Source: Macrostomum lignano
Lineage: Eukaryota
Length of the DNA: 62,900 nt
Assembly (NCBI GenBank): GCA_002269645.1
Contig: NIVC01004047.1
Span: forward strand, 1-62,900
Direction: 5' to 3'
Translations under genes and position numbers: made by a program
Part shown: piece after piece, positions 36,724 through 53,104 of the stretch
Layout of the letters: every line of letters begins with the position of its first letter
How positions within the stretch are numbered: the first letter of the stretch is position 1
The notes under the pieces: model-generated
Databases searched by the model: none
Told to the model about the DNA's origin: nothing
What the model saw: only the letters and a program-made list of their open reading frames with translations

Positions 36724-38510
36724 TTGCAACCAAAATGCAACCAAAATGCAACCAAGATGCAACCAAGATGCAATCAAAATGCAACTAAAATGCGACCAAG
36801 ATGCAACCAAGATGCAACCAAAATGCAACCAAAATGCAACCAAAATGCAACCAAGATGCAACTAAAATGCAACCAATATGCAACCAATATGCAACCAAAA
36901 TGCAACCAAAATGCAACCAAATTGCAACCAAAATGCAACCAAATTGCAACCAAAATGCAACCAAGATGCAACCAAAATGCAACCAAACTGCAATCAAAAT
37001 GCAACCAAATGCAACCAAAATGCAACCAAACTGCAATCAAAATGCAACCAAATGCAACTAAAATGCAACCAAAATGCAACCAAAATGCAACCAATATGCA
37101 ACCAAATTGCAACCAAATTGCAACCAAATTGCAACCAAATTGCAACCAAAATGCAACCAAATTGCAACCAAAATGCAACCAAATTGCAACCAAATTGCAA
37201 CCAAAATGCAACCAAATTGCAACCAAAATGCAACCAAGATGCAACCAAATTGCAACCAAATTGCAACCAAAATGCAACCAAAATGCAACTAAAATGCAAC
37301 CAAAATGCAACCAAAATGCAACCAAAATGCAACTAAAATGCAACCAAATTGCCACCAAAATGCAACCAAAATGCAACCAAAATGCAACCAAATTGCAACC
37401 AAAATTCTACCAAATTGCAACCAAATTGCCACCAAAATACAACCAAAATGCAACCAAAATGCAACCAAATTGCAACCAAAATTCTACCAAATTGCAACCA
37501 AAATGCAACCAAAATGCAATCGAAATGCTACCAAAATGCAACCAAATTGCAACCAAATTTCAACCAAAATGCAACCAAAATGCAACCAAAATGCAACCAA
37601 ATTGCAATCGAAATGCTACCAAAATGCAACCAAAATGCAACCAAAATGCAACCAAAATGCAACCAAAATGCAACCAAAATGCTACCAAAATGCAACTAAA
37701 ATGTAACCAAAATGCAACCAAAATGCAACCAAAATGCAACCAAAATGCAACCAAAATGCAACCAAAATGCAACCAAATTGCAACCAAATTGCCACCAAAA
37801 TGCAACCAAAATGCAACCAAAATGCAACCAAATTGCAACCAAAATGCAACCAAAATGCAACCAAAATGCAACCAAAATGCAATCAAAATTCTACTAAATT
37901 GCAACCAAAATGCAACCAAAATGCAACCAAAATGCAACCTAAATGCAACCTAAATGCAACCTAAATGCAACCAAAATGCAACCAAAATGCAACTAAAGTG
38001 CAACTACGCTCGTAATATGCAACCAAAATGCAACCAAATTGCAACCAAAATGCAACCAAAATGCAACTAAAATGCAACCAAAATGCAACCAAAATGCAAC
38101 TAAAATGCAACCAAAATTCTACCAAAATGCAACCAAAATGCAACCAAAATGCAATCAAAATTCTACTAAATTGCAACCAAAATGCAACCAAAATGCAACC
38201 AAAATGCAACCTAAATGCAACCTAAATGCAACCTAAATGCAACCAAAATGCAACCAAATGCAACCAAAATGCAACTAAAGTGCAACTACGCTCGTAATAT
38301 GCAACCAAAATGCAACCAAAATGCAACCAAAATGCAACCAAAATGCAACTAAAATGCTACCAAAATGCAACCAAAATGCAACTAAAATGCAACCAAAATT
38401 CTACCAAAATGCAACCAAAATGCAACCAAATTGCAACCAATTTGCAACCAAATTGCAACCAAAATGCAACCAAATTGCAACCAAATTGCAACCAAAATGC
38501 AACCAAAATG
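36724..38510. repeat. 10/11-bp minisatellite (aaaatgcaacc)n, ~1.8 kb
   Basis: Read directly; ~283-bp higher-order duplication marked by aaagtgcaactacgctcgtaat at ~37994 and ~38277. Confidence 0.98.
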
Positions 38511-39825
38511 CTAGGATTCTTACAATGACACTTCGTCAGCATGCCTTTAAAAATTATTGGTGCATAAAAATGCCCCTAATTTTTCTCTTACTCATTGTTC
38601 GACTGAAATCAGGGCAAAAGCAAAAAAGGCTATAATTGCTGCAGAAGTACGAGCATGATTAACAAAACACTCCCAGTGCTATTGTTGATTGGAAAACCGG
38701 TTTAGCAACTATAGAACTGAGCGCTTTGTTCTATAATAAATCTGAGTCTTAATGCATCCAAGTGAGACTGTCGACAAAGATATGGCAACAGTTTCCATAG
38801 AGCGGATTGAACATACATTCTTGCAGCATAGCATCATGTTCCTATCTTAAGTCGTAAGATAGTGACATAAAGTTACAGTAAGTGAAGAAAGAAACAAGCA
38901 GACACAAGCAGTGAAGCGACAGGCAAGTGACAGAATGTGACAGAAACTGATAAAAAGTCTCAAAAAGAGACAGGAAGTTTCGGTAAAGAATGATAACGCT
39001 GAAGTTAGATATCGCAAGACACTGTGGCACATGACAGAATAACAAGCTGATGAGGAGAAGCTGTTTTGAAGAGGATAAATATAGAGGTGTCAAAGAGCAT
39101 CACAGCCTCTATTTGAACAAAAGTATTGAACTGGTTTACTTGTGAGTTGGCACAACTGCTTTTAAATGTCAGCGAGTCACCCTCCAGTGTACTTATTCAT
39201 CTATTCTATTATTGTTTTGCAGCAATGCATGAGCGCTTCTGTTTGGTGTCATGCCAGCGCGAATCGGGCTGTTGATCGAGCAAGCCAATCGGTGCAGAAG
39301 CTTGGGATCAAAAGCCGGGGGGGGGGGCAGAAGCAGAGAAGCAGTTGAACCAATGGCAGATGGTCCCAGGTAAACTTTATCTTCCTTTTTTGCTCTATCG
39401 GTACTCGATCGACAGTCTCTCTGGGTTATAAATTCCAACTGCAACTCTGTAGTACCTACGTGCTTAAAAGCCTGATTTATTGAATAGTGAATCTATTGAA
39501 AATTGCCATCTTCAATCTTCTGTGAATACTTTATTAGAAAAGGTAAGTGATTCAGCTGGTTTATTATTATATTTACTCGTACGATAAAAACAATAGCTTT
39601 GCAATTAAACATTTTAAACTTAACTTCATAATTTAGAAAATACTGTCTCGATGTTTAAACATTTCAATGCAAAGGCTTTGTACGCGTACGAGTATCTATC
39701 AAGAGGCTTCAGAAATTCAATGCGCATTACTCATAAAAGTACAATATGCAACAAAGATTAAGCTAGGAGAATGAAAGGAATCGTCACTCATCCGAATAGC
39801 TAATTAAAATACAGTATAGAAGCCC

Positions 39826-40215
39826 ATTAATTTCAAGCAGGGGTAGAAAGATAAGCAAATAGAGCGGAGACTAGCTAGTGTACATATGGAAGCCAACCAT
39901 TTAATTTCAAGCAGGGGTAGAAAGATAAGCAAATAGAGCGGAGACTAGCTAGTGTACATATGGAAGCCAACCATTTAATTTCAAGCAGGGGTAGAAAGAT
40001 AAGCAAATAGAGCGGAGACTAGCTAGTGTACATATGGAAGCCAGCCATTTAATTTCAAGCAGGGGTAGAAAGATAAGCAAATAGAGCGGAGACTAGCTAG
40101 TGTACATATGGAAGCCAGCCATTTAACTTCAAGCAGGGGTAGAAAGATAAGCAAAGAGTGCGAATACTAGCTAGTGTACATATGGAAGCCAGCCATTTAA
40201 TTTCAAGCAGGGGTA
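39826..40215. repeat. 74-bp tandem repeat x ~5 upstream of the GPCR
   Basis: ttcaagcaggggtagaaag recurs every 74 bp (39832, 39906, 39980, 40054, 40128, 40202). Confidence 0.95.
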
Positions 40216-40421
40216 GACAAAGTAGACAAAGCTTTAAACAAAGTTAGAATGGTTACAACAATATGCGTGCTCTAGCTCTATCCAAAGCCAGCTAATTACT
40301 GTAAGATAGGATGCAAGCTCACACGCGTGACTAGTCAATGTCCAGTCTAAATAGCTCGCAACGCCAATCAGAGTCAAGAAAGGTATAGAAATATAGAAAG
40401 ATTACCTGTGTCCAACCCAGC

Positions 40422-43246
40422 ATGTGGCCAGTGTTCGAGAACAGCAGTCACGCCTGCGAGAATTCAACGATTGAGAACGACGAACACCGGCTGAAGTATC
40501 CCTTCCTGCCGGCCTACCTGATGCTGATGGCCTGCCTACCGCTGTCCAACGCCACGCTCAGTGCCCTCTGCGTCTGCATCCTCCTGCGTAGGCGACGCTG
40601 GTGGCGCCAGCTCCCCAGAGTGAGCAGCCATCGCGTTGTCGGCGGCGGCAGCGTCATAAGCGCTGGCAGCGGCAACGGCGCCGTCGCCTGCTGTCGCTGC
40701 GTGCCCGATTTCGAGCGCCTACTGGTGCTGCTCGCCGTTACCGAGGTGGCCTTTCAGGTGAGCATCGCTGACATCAGGACCTGTCGAGCCTCACAGACAC
40801 CATAGTCTGCAAAAATGCACCATAGCTCTCATCACACCAGCTGTACAAACACAGAAAGTACTCACCAGTACTCATCAGGTATTCACCAGCCATTTTTCAT
40901 ATTGTAAATATTCAGGCGCACTCTCGCCCTCGCAATCTTGATTCGGAAATGAAAGAAATCTGAAACTGTAAACGGAATATGTTTGGATAATTCCAGCGAT
41001 TATCCCCTGCCTATCTTTGCCAGTTCGAAATTTGGCTTATCTTCAACTGAGTGGGTTCGCGTGTTTGTCTACTCTCCATCCGAGATTCAAAGGGAGAATC
41101 TGAATTTTCGCTCTGAATCATCAAGGCTCCGTAGTGAAATTTAATGCTTTAATGCTGGTGATTAATGTTGAGCGAACAAAGTCGGTGCTGTATTTCCCTT
41201 TCTCTTTAGGTATTAGTCAGTCCTCTCGAGCATATTTAACTCTTTGAAATCAAAGATGAGTCACTTTTCTCAAGCTCGAAATTTTGTATCGTCTGAAGTG
41301 ACAAGCAAGTATTTTGGTCGATTTTTTAAGGGCTTCTTTGGAATCCAGCAGCTGCTGACCTACTTTGTGGAGATGAACCAGCTTAAAACTGACAGCTCAA
41401 TCGCTGCGATGATGCTGGCTTCGGCGCTGCAGTTCAGCTTCCTGACGGTTTCCTGGTGTCACGTGACTCGCAACTGGATCGTGGCTCTCATCGCCGTGTA
41501 TCGCTATCGCATGGCCTCCAGCGCCAGCCTGGCTACCGGATGGTTGCTAGGCAACAAGCCGCTGTCCCGTTCTGCCCTGCTCTGGCTCACCAGTTTGGCC
41601 GTTAATCTGCCCAGGCTGTTTGAGTTCCGCGTGGTCGTGTGCTCGGCCTGGAATCAGGTATGTTCATAGATGGGGTAGATTGTACCTTTACAGCAGGTGG
41701 GGTAGATTTTACCTGTACAGCAGGTGGGGTAAATTTTACCTGTACAGCAGGTGGGGTAGATTGTACCTGTACAGAAGAAGGGGTAGATTGTACCTGTACA
41801 GCAGGTGGGGTAGATTTTACCTGTACAGCAGGTGAGGTAGATTGTACCTGTACAGCAGGTGGGGTAGATTGCACCTGTACAGCATGTAGGGTAGATTGTA
41901 CCTGTACAGCAGGTGTGGTTGTACCTGTACAGCAGTTGGGGTAGGTTGTACAAGTAGACATCCAACACTCCCACCTGATCGAAAATCCCCAGGTGACTCA
42001 CATCGACGACTTTCTCCACGCCCATGTTGGCTACCGCATCCTCTACCACGGCTGCCTGCTGTTCCTGGTGCAGAGCGGCGGCCCCACAGTGACGGTGATG
42101 ACCTTCAGCTGCCTGCTGGCTGTGGCACTATGCCGACAGCGCCGCGGACGTCTGAGACGATTCAACAGCAACGGCGGCGGAAGCAGCGTCAGCACCGGCG
42201 GCGGTGGCTCCGGCGGCAACGGCGAAGCCGCGTCCTGCAATCGGACAGTCCTGGCGCTGAGCGCCTGCTTCCTGCTGTGCGAGGCGCCAACTCTGCTAAA
42301 GGTTGGGGTTCGAATCGGCGGAGGGCATGGCGTCAGGGTGCTGGGGAAAAACTGATCATTGTTGTGGGCAGCTGGCGCAACGCCTTCCCAACCAGCGCTG
42401 AGTCAATTCCACCCGTTCCGCTGACTCCCGAGCACACAGGCGCGCCAATACTGTACACAGGCCCGCACTCATGCACACGCTCCCACAGGGTGTACCGCGG
42501 CTCTGACTGTCTAATCGTCAGGCATGTACACTCTCTGTGCCTTGGGTGTTGGCACAACCCGATATATACCTTGATGTCTTTAAGGCATTTTTTCACTTAA
42601 AACATGCCTGCATTCTATAATAATAATATTACTATTATTAATGGAGAGATGTGCAACCGACAGCTCAGCCGCAGCTATTTGCGCGGCGCATCTGAAGGCT
42701 GCGTACGGCTGTTCAGTCCAAGGACTTGGGGGGGGGGGTCGCCACACACAGCCTCAATTACCCCAGCTAATGCTGGCACCCATTTTACAGCTGGGTGAAC
42801 TGAAGCAATGCAGAGTTAAGTGTCTTGCTCAAGGACACAAATGGTTCCGACTGGGATCGGGAATCGAACCCGCGACCTTTCAGTTGTGAGTCCGATGCTC
42901 TAACCACTAAAACCCCAACATGCCCGACATCATTGCGCAGGTAGTGGACCCGGCAACGACCAGCCTGCACGTGCTCGGATACGCTACCAACTTTCTCACC
43001 TGCTTGAACTCAACCCTCAACCTGTGCGTGTACATGCTCTGCAACCGGAACTTCCGGCTAAGCCTCGCCGACTGCTGCCACGAATGGCGCCAGCTGTGTC
43101 GTCGGTTTTGTCGGCAGCGTCGGCGGAGGCCGCCGCCGGAGCGGTCTGCCGAGATTCCGACCACCCAGACGGAGGCGCACGCATTGGCGCGGAGGCTGCT
43201 GAGCGCTCATCCGACTGAGAGTCGGGAGGCCAAGATGTCGGTGTGA
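40422..43246 (+). CDS. Rhodopsin-family peptide GPCR, FMRFamide-receptor-like (~425 aa); exons 40422-40757, 41331-41657, 41993-42301, 42941-43246
   Basis: Hydrophobic TM segments; IAVYRY, NLPRLFE, FLLCEAP, LNSTLNLCVYMLCNRNFR; all joins phase 0 GT..AG. Confidence 0.85.
41670..41935. repeat. 27-bp minisatellite (gtagattgtacctgtacagcaggtggg)n filling GPCR intron 2
   Basis: About 10 copies. Confidence 0.95.
42650..42916 (-). mobile_element. tRNA-derived SINE with CORE-like central domain in GPCR intron 3
   Basis: Minus strand: A-box-like TAGTGGTTAGAGC, B-box GGTTCGATTCC, then TTGAGCAAGACACTTAACTC...CAGCTGTAAAATGGG resembling the CORE-SINE domain. Confidence 0.75.
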
Positions 43247-43274
43247 ACTGCGGTGGTGGTGGCTGCAGCGTTGA

Positions 43275-43840
43275 CAGTGACAGCGGTAGTGATGATGGTA
43301 GTTGATAGTGGCAGCGGTAGTGATGATGGTAGTTGATAGTGGCAGCGGTAGTGATGATGGTAGTTGATAGTGGCAGCGGTAGTGATGATGGTAGTTGATA
43401 GTGGCAGTGGCAGCGGTAGTGACAGTGGCTGTGACAGCGGTAGTGACAGTGGCAGTGACAGTGGTAGTGACAGTGGTAGTGACAGTGGCAGTGACAGTGG
43501 CAGTGACAGTGGCAGTGACAGTGGCAGTGACAGTGGCAGTGACAGTGGCAGTGACAGTGGCAATGACAGTGGCTGTGACAGTGGCAGTGACAGTGGCAGT
43601 GACAGCGGTAGTGACAGTGGCAATGACAGTGGCAGTGACAGTGGCAGTGACAGTGGCAGTGACAGTGGCAGTGACAGCGGTAGTGACAGTGGCAGTGACA
43701 GTGGCAGTGACAGTGGCAGTGACAGCGGTAGTGACAGTGGCAGTGACAGTGACAGTAACAGTGACAGTGGCAGTGACAATGGCAGTGACAGTGGCCGTGA
43801 CAGTGGAAATGACAGTGGCAATGACAGTGGCAGTAGTGGG
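43275..43840. repeat. 31-bp then 12-bp (agtgacagtggc)n arrays starting ~30 nt after the GPCR stop
   Basis: Read directly. Confidence 0.96.
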
Positions 43841-44179
43841 TAAAAACAGTTCTAGTCAATTGCTACAGCACATGAGTTGCTAACCAACCTCAGTGACCCC
43901 AACCGCAATGCTCGTACTTGTGTATTGAAGCCCGCACTGTCTAAACCTTATTTTTATGAGTTGCCCCACGCCGCAACACTTGTGAATTTGTACTCCTGAA
44001 TTGACACAACACTAAAAATTCGAGTTCAATTCATAAGTGTTTAATATGTTTTATTCTCGATGTCTCTATAGTTTAGCAATTGTTTTTGAAACGATCGAAT
44101 AATAATAATCCAGTGCATTAGTGTATATTTCTTCATTGTTAAAACATTCTGATATCTATTTCTAAAGCATAATTCCCTG

Positions 44180-44182
44180 TTC

Positions 44183-44252
<70 letters not shown>

Positions 44253-44270
44253 TGGCCAGTCTGTCTGTCA
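44180..44270. repeat. (GTCT)n microsatellite
   Basis: Read directly. Confidence 0.95.
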
Positions 44271-44899
44271 ATCAAAGCGACTTTTTATGTTACAAGCACA
44301 TTTTTAATTTATTTGCCCCGCCTTTTTAAAGTTTAAACAACTGAGACATGTCGTAGGTGGTCTCTAAGCAACTGGCTGCCCTTAGTGCATCCAGCACGTG
44401 ACAGTCATTGCAAAGCTCTAAACGTTGTGCCACTTAGTCAATTTTCGATGCGAAGTCCAATAAACACTCAGTCAAAAAGGTCAGCAAGTTAGTCAGTAGC
44501 TGAATTCGTTACACGTGTTATTCGCACACTTGTAATTGTAAAAAAGCCTTGTAATTTGCTAGTCGGATTCGACCACACACGAAAATTGAAGGCTTTACTT
44601 GGCATAATTATATTATTGAAATTCTGCAGAGTTGAGACTAATTGTACGAGTACTCCCTTGGCGCATTCATGCAGTAGGCCTCAAATAGGCCTTAATTAGT
44701 GGGCGGACTGCGACTGCTAGCTACATGTAAGTCAGCTAGTTTTCTTTTCTTAGTGCGTGGAATTCCATGAGGTAAACAGTCGAATGCAGTCAGGCTGAAG
44801 CGTCCCTGAGTCAAATGTGTGCAACAGAGTTTAATACGACATTAAAGTTACTCCATTCACAACTATTTGGAGGTTTATTGCACCAGGCCAAATAAATAC

Positions 44900-45430
44900 G
44901 TTTCTGTAGTCTATGGCCGGGCCCAAGTGAGGAGTAAATAAGTTCTGTAGTCTATGGTCGGGCCTAAGTAAGGAATAAATAAGTTCTGTAGTCTATGGCC
45001 GGGTCCAAGTGAGTAATAAATACGTTCTGTAGTCTATGGCCGGGCCCAAGTGAGGAATAAATACGTTCTGTAGTCTATGGCCGGGCCCAAGTAAGGAATA
45101 AATAAGTTCTGTAGTCTTTGGCCGGGCCTAAGTAAGGAATAAATAAGTTCTGTAGTCTTTGGCCGGGCCTAAGTAAGGAATAAATAAGTTCTGTAGTCTT
45201 TGGCCGGGCCTAAGTAAGGAATAAATAAGTTCTGTAGTCTTTGGCCGGGCCTAAGTAAGGAATAAATAAGTTCTGTAGTCTTTGGCCGGGCCCAAGTGAG
45301 GAATAAATACGTTCTGTAGTCTATGGCCGGGCCCAAGTGAGGAATAAATACGTTCTGTAGTCTATGGCCGTGACCAAGTGGGGAATAAATACGTTCTGTA
45401 GTCTATGGCCGGGCCCAAGTGAGGAATAAG
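44900..45430. repeat. 41-bp minisatellite (ttctgtagtctatggccgggcccaagtgaggaataaatacg)n
   Basis: About 13 copies. Confidence 0.96.
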
Positions 45431-45783
45431 TATTGATAGATGATCTGTTGATGTTCAAAAACTTACCAATGCGTAAAAATGCAGTCTATAGTTTGCATAT
45501 ATCCGTGTGCAAAACTTTGTGCCTATTTTCATAGGTTATGAGAGCTTCTGTTGCCCAGTGCATTAATCAGGCAGAAATCAATTGCGGTTTTCGGCAGATA
45601 TAAACTTACAAAGTTTGTCTTTCATTCTGTAGCGTAGCCTGGATACCGGTAGCAGGGCACAAGATTGCCGAACAGAAGGTAATTTAAAGGGTAAGCTTTT
45701 ATAATACAAGTATTTTTATCTTTCTCCGCAATGACTTTACTGTTTTTCTAAGATAATTTAACAGAAATATTCGTTTCAAGCAA

Positions 45784-49376
<3,593 letters not shown>

Positions 49377-50157
49377 TGACTTGCAGCCAGACGACGCTTG
49401 AGTTGGAAGCTCCGAAGACTTTCACAAAGTTACAAATTTTAACCGTGCCAAATCCAGCGCACAAAGGAATAGTGAAAATCTCTCATTTAGAATCATTCTG
49501 ACGAGATGTTAAATAGCGCCTCCCAGCAAGCAGATTCTCTCTCTCCTGTCAGCTCCATTGTGAGCGATCCTCTATCGCTGCTTTGCGAGCTCCTTCCTGT
49601 CTTTGAGTATTAGAAAAGAAATTTTCATCTGCCAACCCCAGCACTTCCTATTATTTGTAATTCTTTTTTTCATTTTGACTTTCTCAATTTCCAACATTTC
49701 AAGCCAGACTAATGGGGCATATTCTAACTAAGTCGTGAATGAGTCCCACTTTCTTAACTAAATGGGAGTATTGCCAGACCGACTTCCTCTCTAGCCTACC
49801 TTAAGTAGAAGATAGAGCGAAGTTCTGGCTGCATAAAATGAAAACTAGCTTGCGGGTCGTTAAATAGATTTAACAAGTTTTTTGTTTTATTCATAGGTTA
49901 AACTGCTGTTAATCTAAAGCAAGCAACTATTTGACTAAGAATTCAGTTTGATTTTGAAACAAAAACACTACTGGAAACCACAGATTCTAGAATAACTGTA
50001 GCGCATAACTCAGCACATTTGAGTGTAAGCTACTTTCAGTTCAGTAGTAAGTTTAACTAAAGCATTTTAATGTATTTTTAAATACAAAGCTCATTTATTG
50101 ACTCTTATCCCCCTCTAGCTTAAACCCTCAAACCAAACAAAACCTCTAACCCCTGCC

Positions 50158-50598
50158 CACAGATACTAGAATAACTAGATGGTCCACTCTGGCATTTATA
50201 CTTGACAAAACAGCTTTCTACTTTCAGTTCAGTAGCAAAGAAGCTATTTTATAAGAATAAGGCAGCTGAAATGACTTTGATAAGTTTAGAAGCCCAAGCT
50301 TGCAGGCGTAAACAGCTTGCTAATTGGTTCAGCCATAATATACATAAGCCACTGAAATGTACAACGCAGATTTAGGCTGGAACAACCGAAGAAGGTAATA
50401 AAATTAGGTCGCGGGCCGGGGGTAGAGGTTCTATGAGGAGTTTGAGGGTTTAATAGCTTGGGGGGGGGGGTAAGAGCCAATAAATAAGCTCTGGCTTTAA
50501 GAATACATTAAAATGTTTCTGTTTAACTTACTACTGAACTGAAAGTAGCTGGCACGCAAATGTGCCGAGTGGCCTATCTAGTTATTCTAGTATCTGTG
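50158..50598. mobile_element. 441-bp MITE, 23-bp perfect TIRs, 8-bp TSD (P- or hAT-like), inserted into an older inverted copy of its own family (49979-~50780)
   Basis: TIR cacagatactagaataactagat; TSD cccctgcc at 50150-57 and 50599-606; flanks match the reverse complement of the MITE interior. Confidence 0.85.
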
Positions 50599-52511
50599 CC
50601 CCTGCCCTGCCACCCAATTTTTATTACATTCCTCGGTTGTTCCAGCCTAAATCTGCCTTGTACATTTCAGTGGCTAATGTACATTATGGCTGAACCAATT
50701 AGCAAGCTGTTTTCGTCTGCAAGCTTGGGCTTCTAAACTTATCAAAGTCATCTCAGCTGCCTTTTTTCCTATAAAATAGCATGTTTGTTTTGTTTATTTG
50801 TTTATTGATTTATCTGTTGGGAAAAGCAACAAATAAATGGTGCACTTTAGAAGAATATCAGCGTAATGAATTGAGCCGAATTGAAGTTTTCCTAACTCCG
50901 GAAAGAAGGCTCTTAATAAGAATGGTGGAACTTGGACCCGCCCTGACTCTACGTCAGTGAAGAAATTATCAACCTGTCGCAACCAGAGCTCAAGAGAGCA
51001 GCAGCCACTATCAAATATTAAAGCGTGGGCAATACTTCACTGCACTGCCGGCTCTGCCTCTCACCGGGTCGACTCTGTGTGGCTCAAAAGGCTCAACATC
51101 AAGTTGATCCAAGCTGCCGGTGTCACAAGCTAAGAACGCGTGTCTCCTTCACCAGAACACCCAGAAGATCGGGATTGAGATAGCTGAAAACAGGATTCGG
51201 AGCCAGATCATCTAGTTACCGCCCCAACCGGGACGAAAGACTCAAGCGAGCATGCCAACTGCATGCTGAACATCCGTCAGTGGCAATTCCGAATCGCCTA
51301 GATTAGAACGGAACACCTGGCCTATTAAAAGCATCCAACAATTAGCTCTATCTAAAAGGCCATCTCAGTGCAATATGGCTCAGACAACATGCCTCATAAG
51401 AGTCAACTTTTCGACGTTCCGTTGGCTTGCCTCATTGAGCTCGATGGTGATTTAGTGGGCCAGATTGTAAGAAACAAGGCTCTCAGTCAAAGTTTTAAGA
51501 AAAAAAACTGACAAGGGCGCGCCTCTGGAATAGGATGCGAGCATAGGCCGCACCGCTAGAGTCAGCTAGCAGGCAGTCGACGACGCGTCGGTAAGTCGCT
51601 CGTCGCCGATCTTAAAGGCGGCCGGTCTCTCAACGGATTTACTAATTTTTGTTTACCAGAGAGTTTTATCAGAGACACCCTCGGTCAGTAAAAACATATT
51701 ACGAGCGTAGATATATCTCTTCGGAAATTCGAGGACAATTCAAAATTATAGTTGCTAATGCGTGCTTCAACGTAAATAAGCTTTCCATAGCTATGACATT
51801 TTTTATCCTCAGTTAGTGCTCTGGCAGTAAAATTTGAATTTGCTACTGAAATTATCAGTAGTATATACTATCGATTCGACAAGAATTGATTATTTGCATT
51901 TATTATCGAAAACATTTTTCCCAGGTATCTCTCAAAGTCACGTGATAACAAAAACAGGCGGGAAGTGAAGCATTTTCCAATAGAGAACAGAGAGGCGAGG
52001 AAGCCAAAATTTAATTTCCGAAAGGAATCCAAGAAATTGAAAGTATTTGTCCGACTTTAAGAAATGCGAAGAAATGCTTCTGGATAGAAAGTCTTTGTGG
52101 TTCTAGGCGGTGCACTGAAAGCAGAAAGGAAATGAGAGAGTGAATTTCACTTTGAAAATGAATTCACCTTTAGCTCAAAGAGAAATACGCATGCTGTTTG
52201 TTTGCATTCTAACCGTTGATAATTCTAATTAATGCATCAATTTAGATTATTACTTGTATTTGGAAACTCTGAAGACTTTCATAAAATTACCAATTTTAAC
52301 CGTGCCAAATCCAGCGCTCTTGATTGCAGAGTCGTACAAGCATGCTGCTTTCGTCATACGGTACTGACTCCAGACTGCTTCAGACTCGAAAATTTAAAAG
52401 ATATTTATTAATTTAAGACTTGAAGATTGCAGGAAAACTTGAAAAACCCAAATCCATGCATTGCGAACAAGAGAGAAAAGGCCCGGGCCCGCTAGCTTGT
52501 GTCTGGCTTTG

Positions 52512-52810
52512 GCCTCTCTCCTTACTGCTCTCTCATTAGCTGAGCCAGATTGGTCCCCTAGATTGCGGTTTCGTCCGTCTAACTTCGACCTCTCTCTTTA
52601 CTGCTCTCTCATTGGCTGAGCCAGAATGGGTCTGCCCCCTAGGCTGAGTTTCGTCCGTCTAACTTCAACCTCTCTCCTTACTGCTCTCTCATTGGCTGAG
52701 CCAGATTGGGCCTGTCCCCTAGGTTGAGTTTCGTCCGTCTAACTTCGACCTCTCTCTTTACTGCTCTCTCATTGACTGAGCCAGATTGGGTCTGCTAACT
52801 AGGCTGAGTT
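52512..52810. repeat. ~80-bp tandem repeat x ~4 containing attggctgag (CCAAT-like)
   Basis: ttactgctctctc at 52522, 52598, 52678, 52758. Confidence 0.9.
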
Positions 52811-53104
52811 TCACTTGTGCATATCAAGTTAAATGCTTGCTGATCATTCTTAAGCCCATATGCTCTTCTGGCCGCAACTCCCGAGGAACAAAAAGAAATT
52901 TTAGCTGCCAGATTAAATTTAAGTGACACTGCGCAGACAAACTTCTGAAAAGAGTAAACACTCTACTTTTCACAACTTTAATTTTGAGTGACATATCTAG
53001 TCACTTCTAGTAGCTGTGGCTAAAACTAAAAAGGCTCAGGCCAGTACCAATTAATGACAAAGTTAGGATCTACTACTGTATCTGAAGCCACCGAAAATTT
53101 TTGT

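Noticed and set aside
36724-38635. 409-aa MQPKCNQNATK repeat ORF and antisense ORFs
   Set aside because: By-product of a stop-poor 11-bp array; no splice context or unique coding flanks
41602-41961. Antifreeze-like TCT and PAVQVQST repeat ORFs
   Set aside because: 27-bp intronic array; the GPCR frame hits a stop right after the donor
42850-42916. tRNA-like sequence
   Set aside because: No complete acceptor stem; continues into a SINE body
43017-43883. His/Cys-rich, DSGS and VTVA repeat ORFs (metallothionein- or antifreeze-like look)
   Set aside because: Frames of a 12-bp array lying after the GPCR stop
50990-51330. Possible LINE reverse-transcriptase remnant
   Set aside because: Only vague fragments with many stops; no diagnostic motif readable by eye
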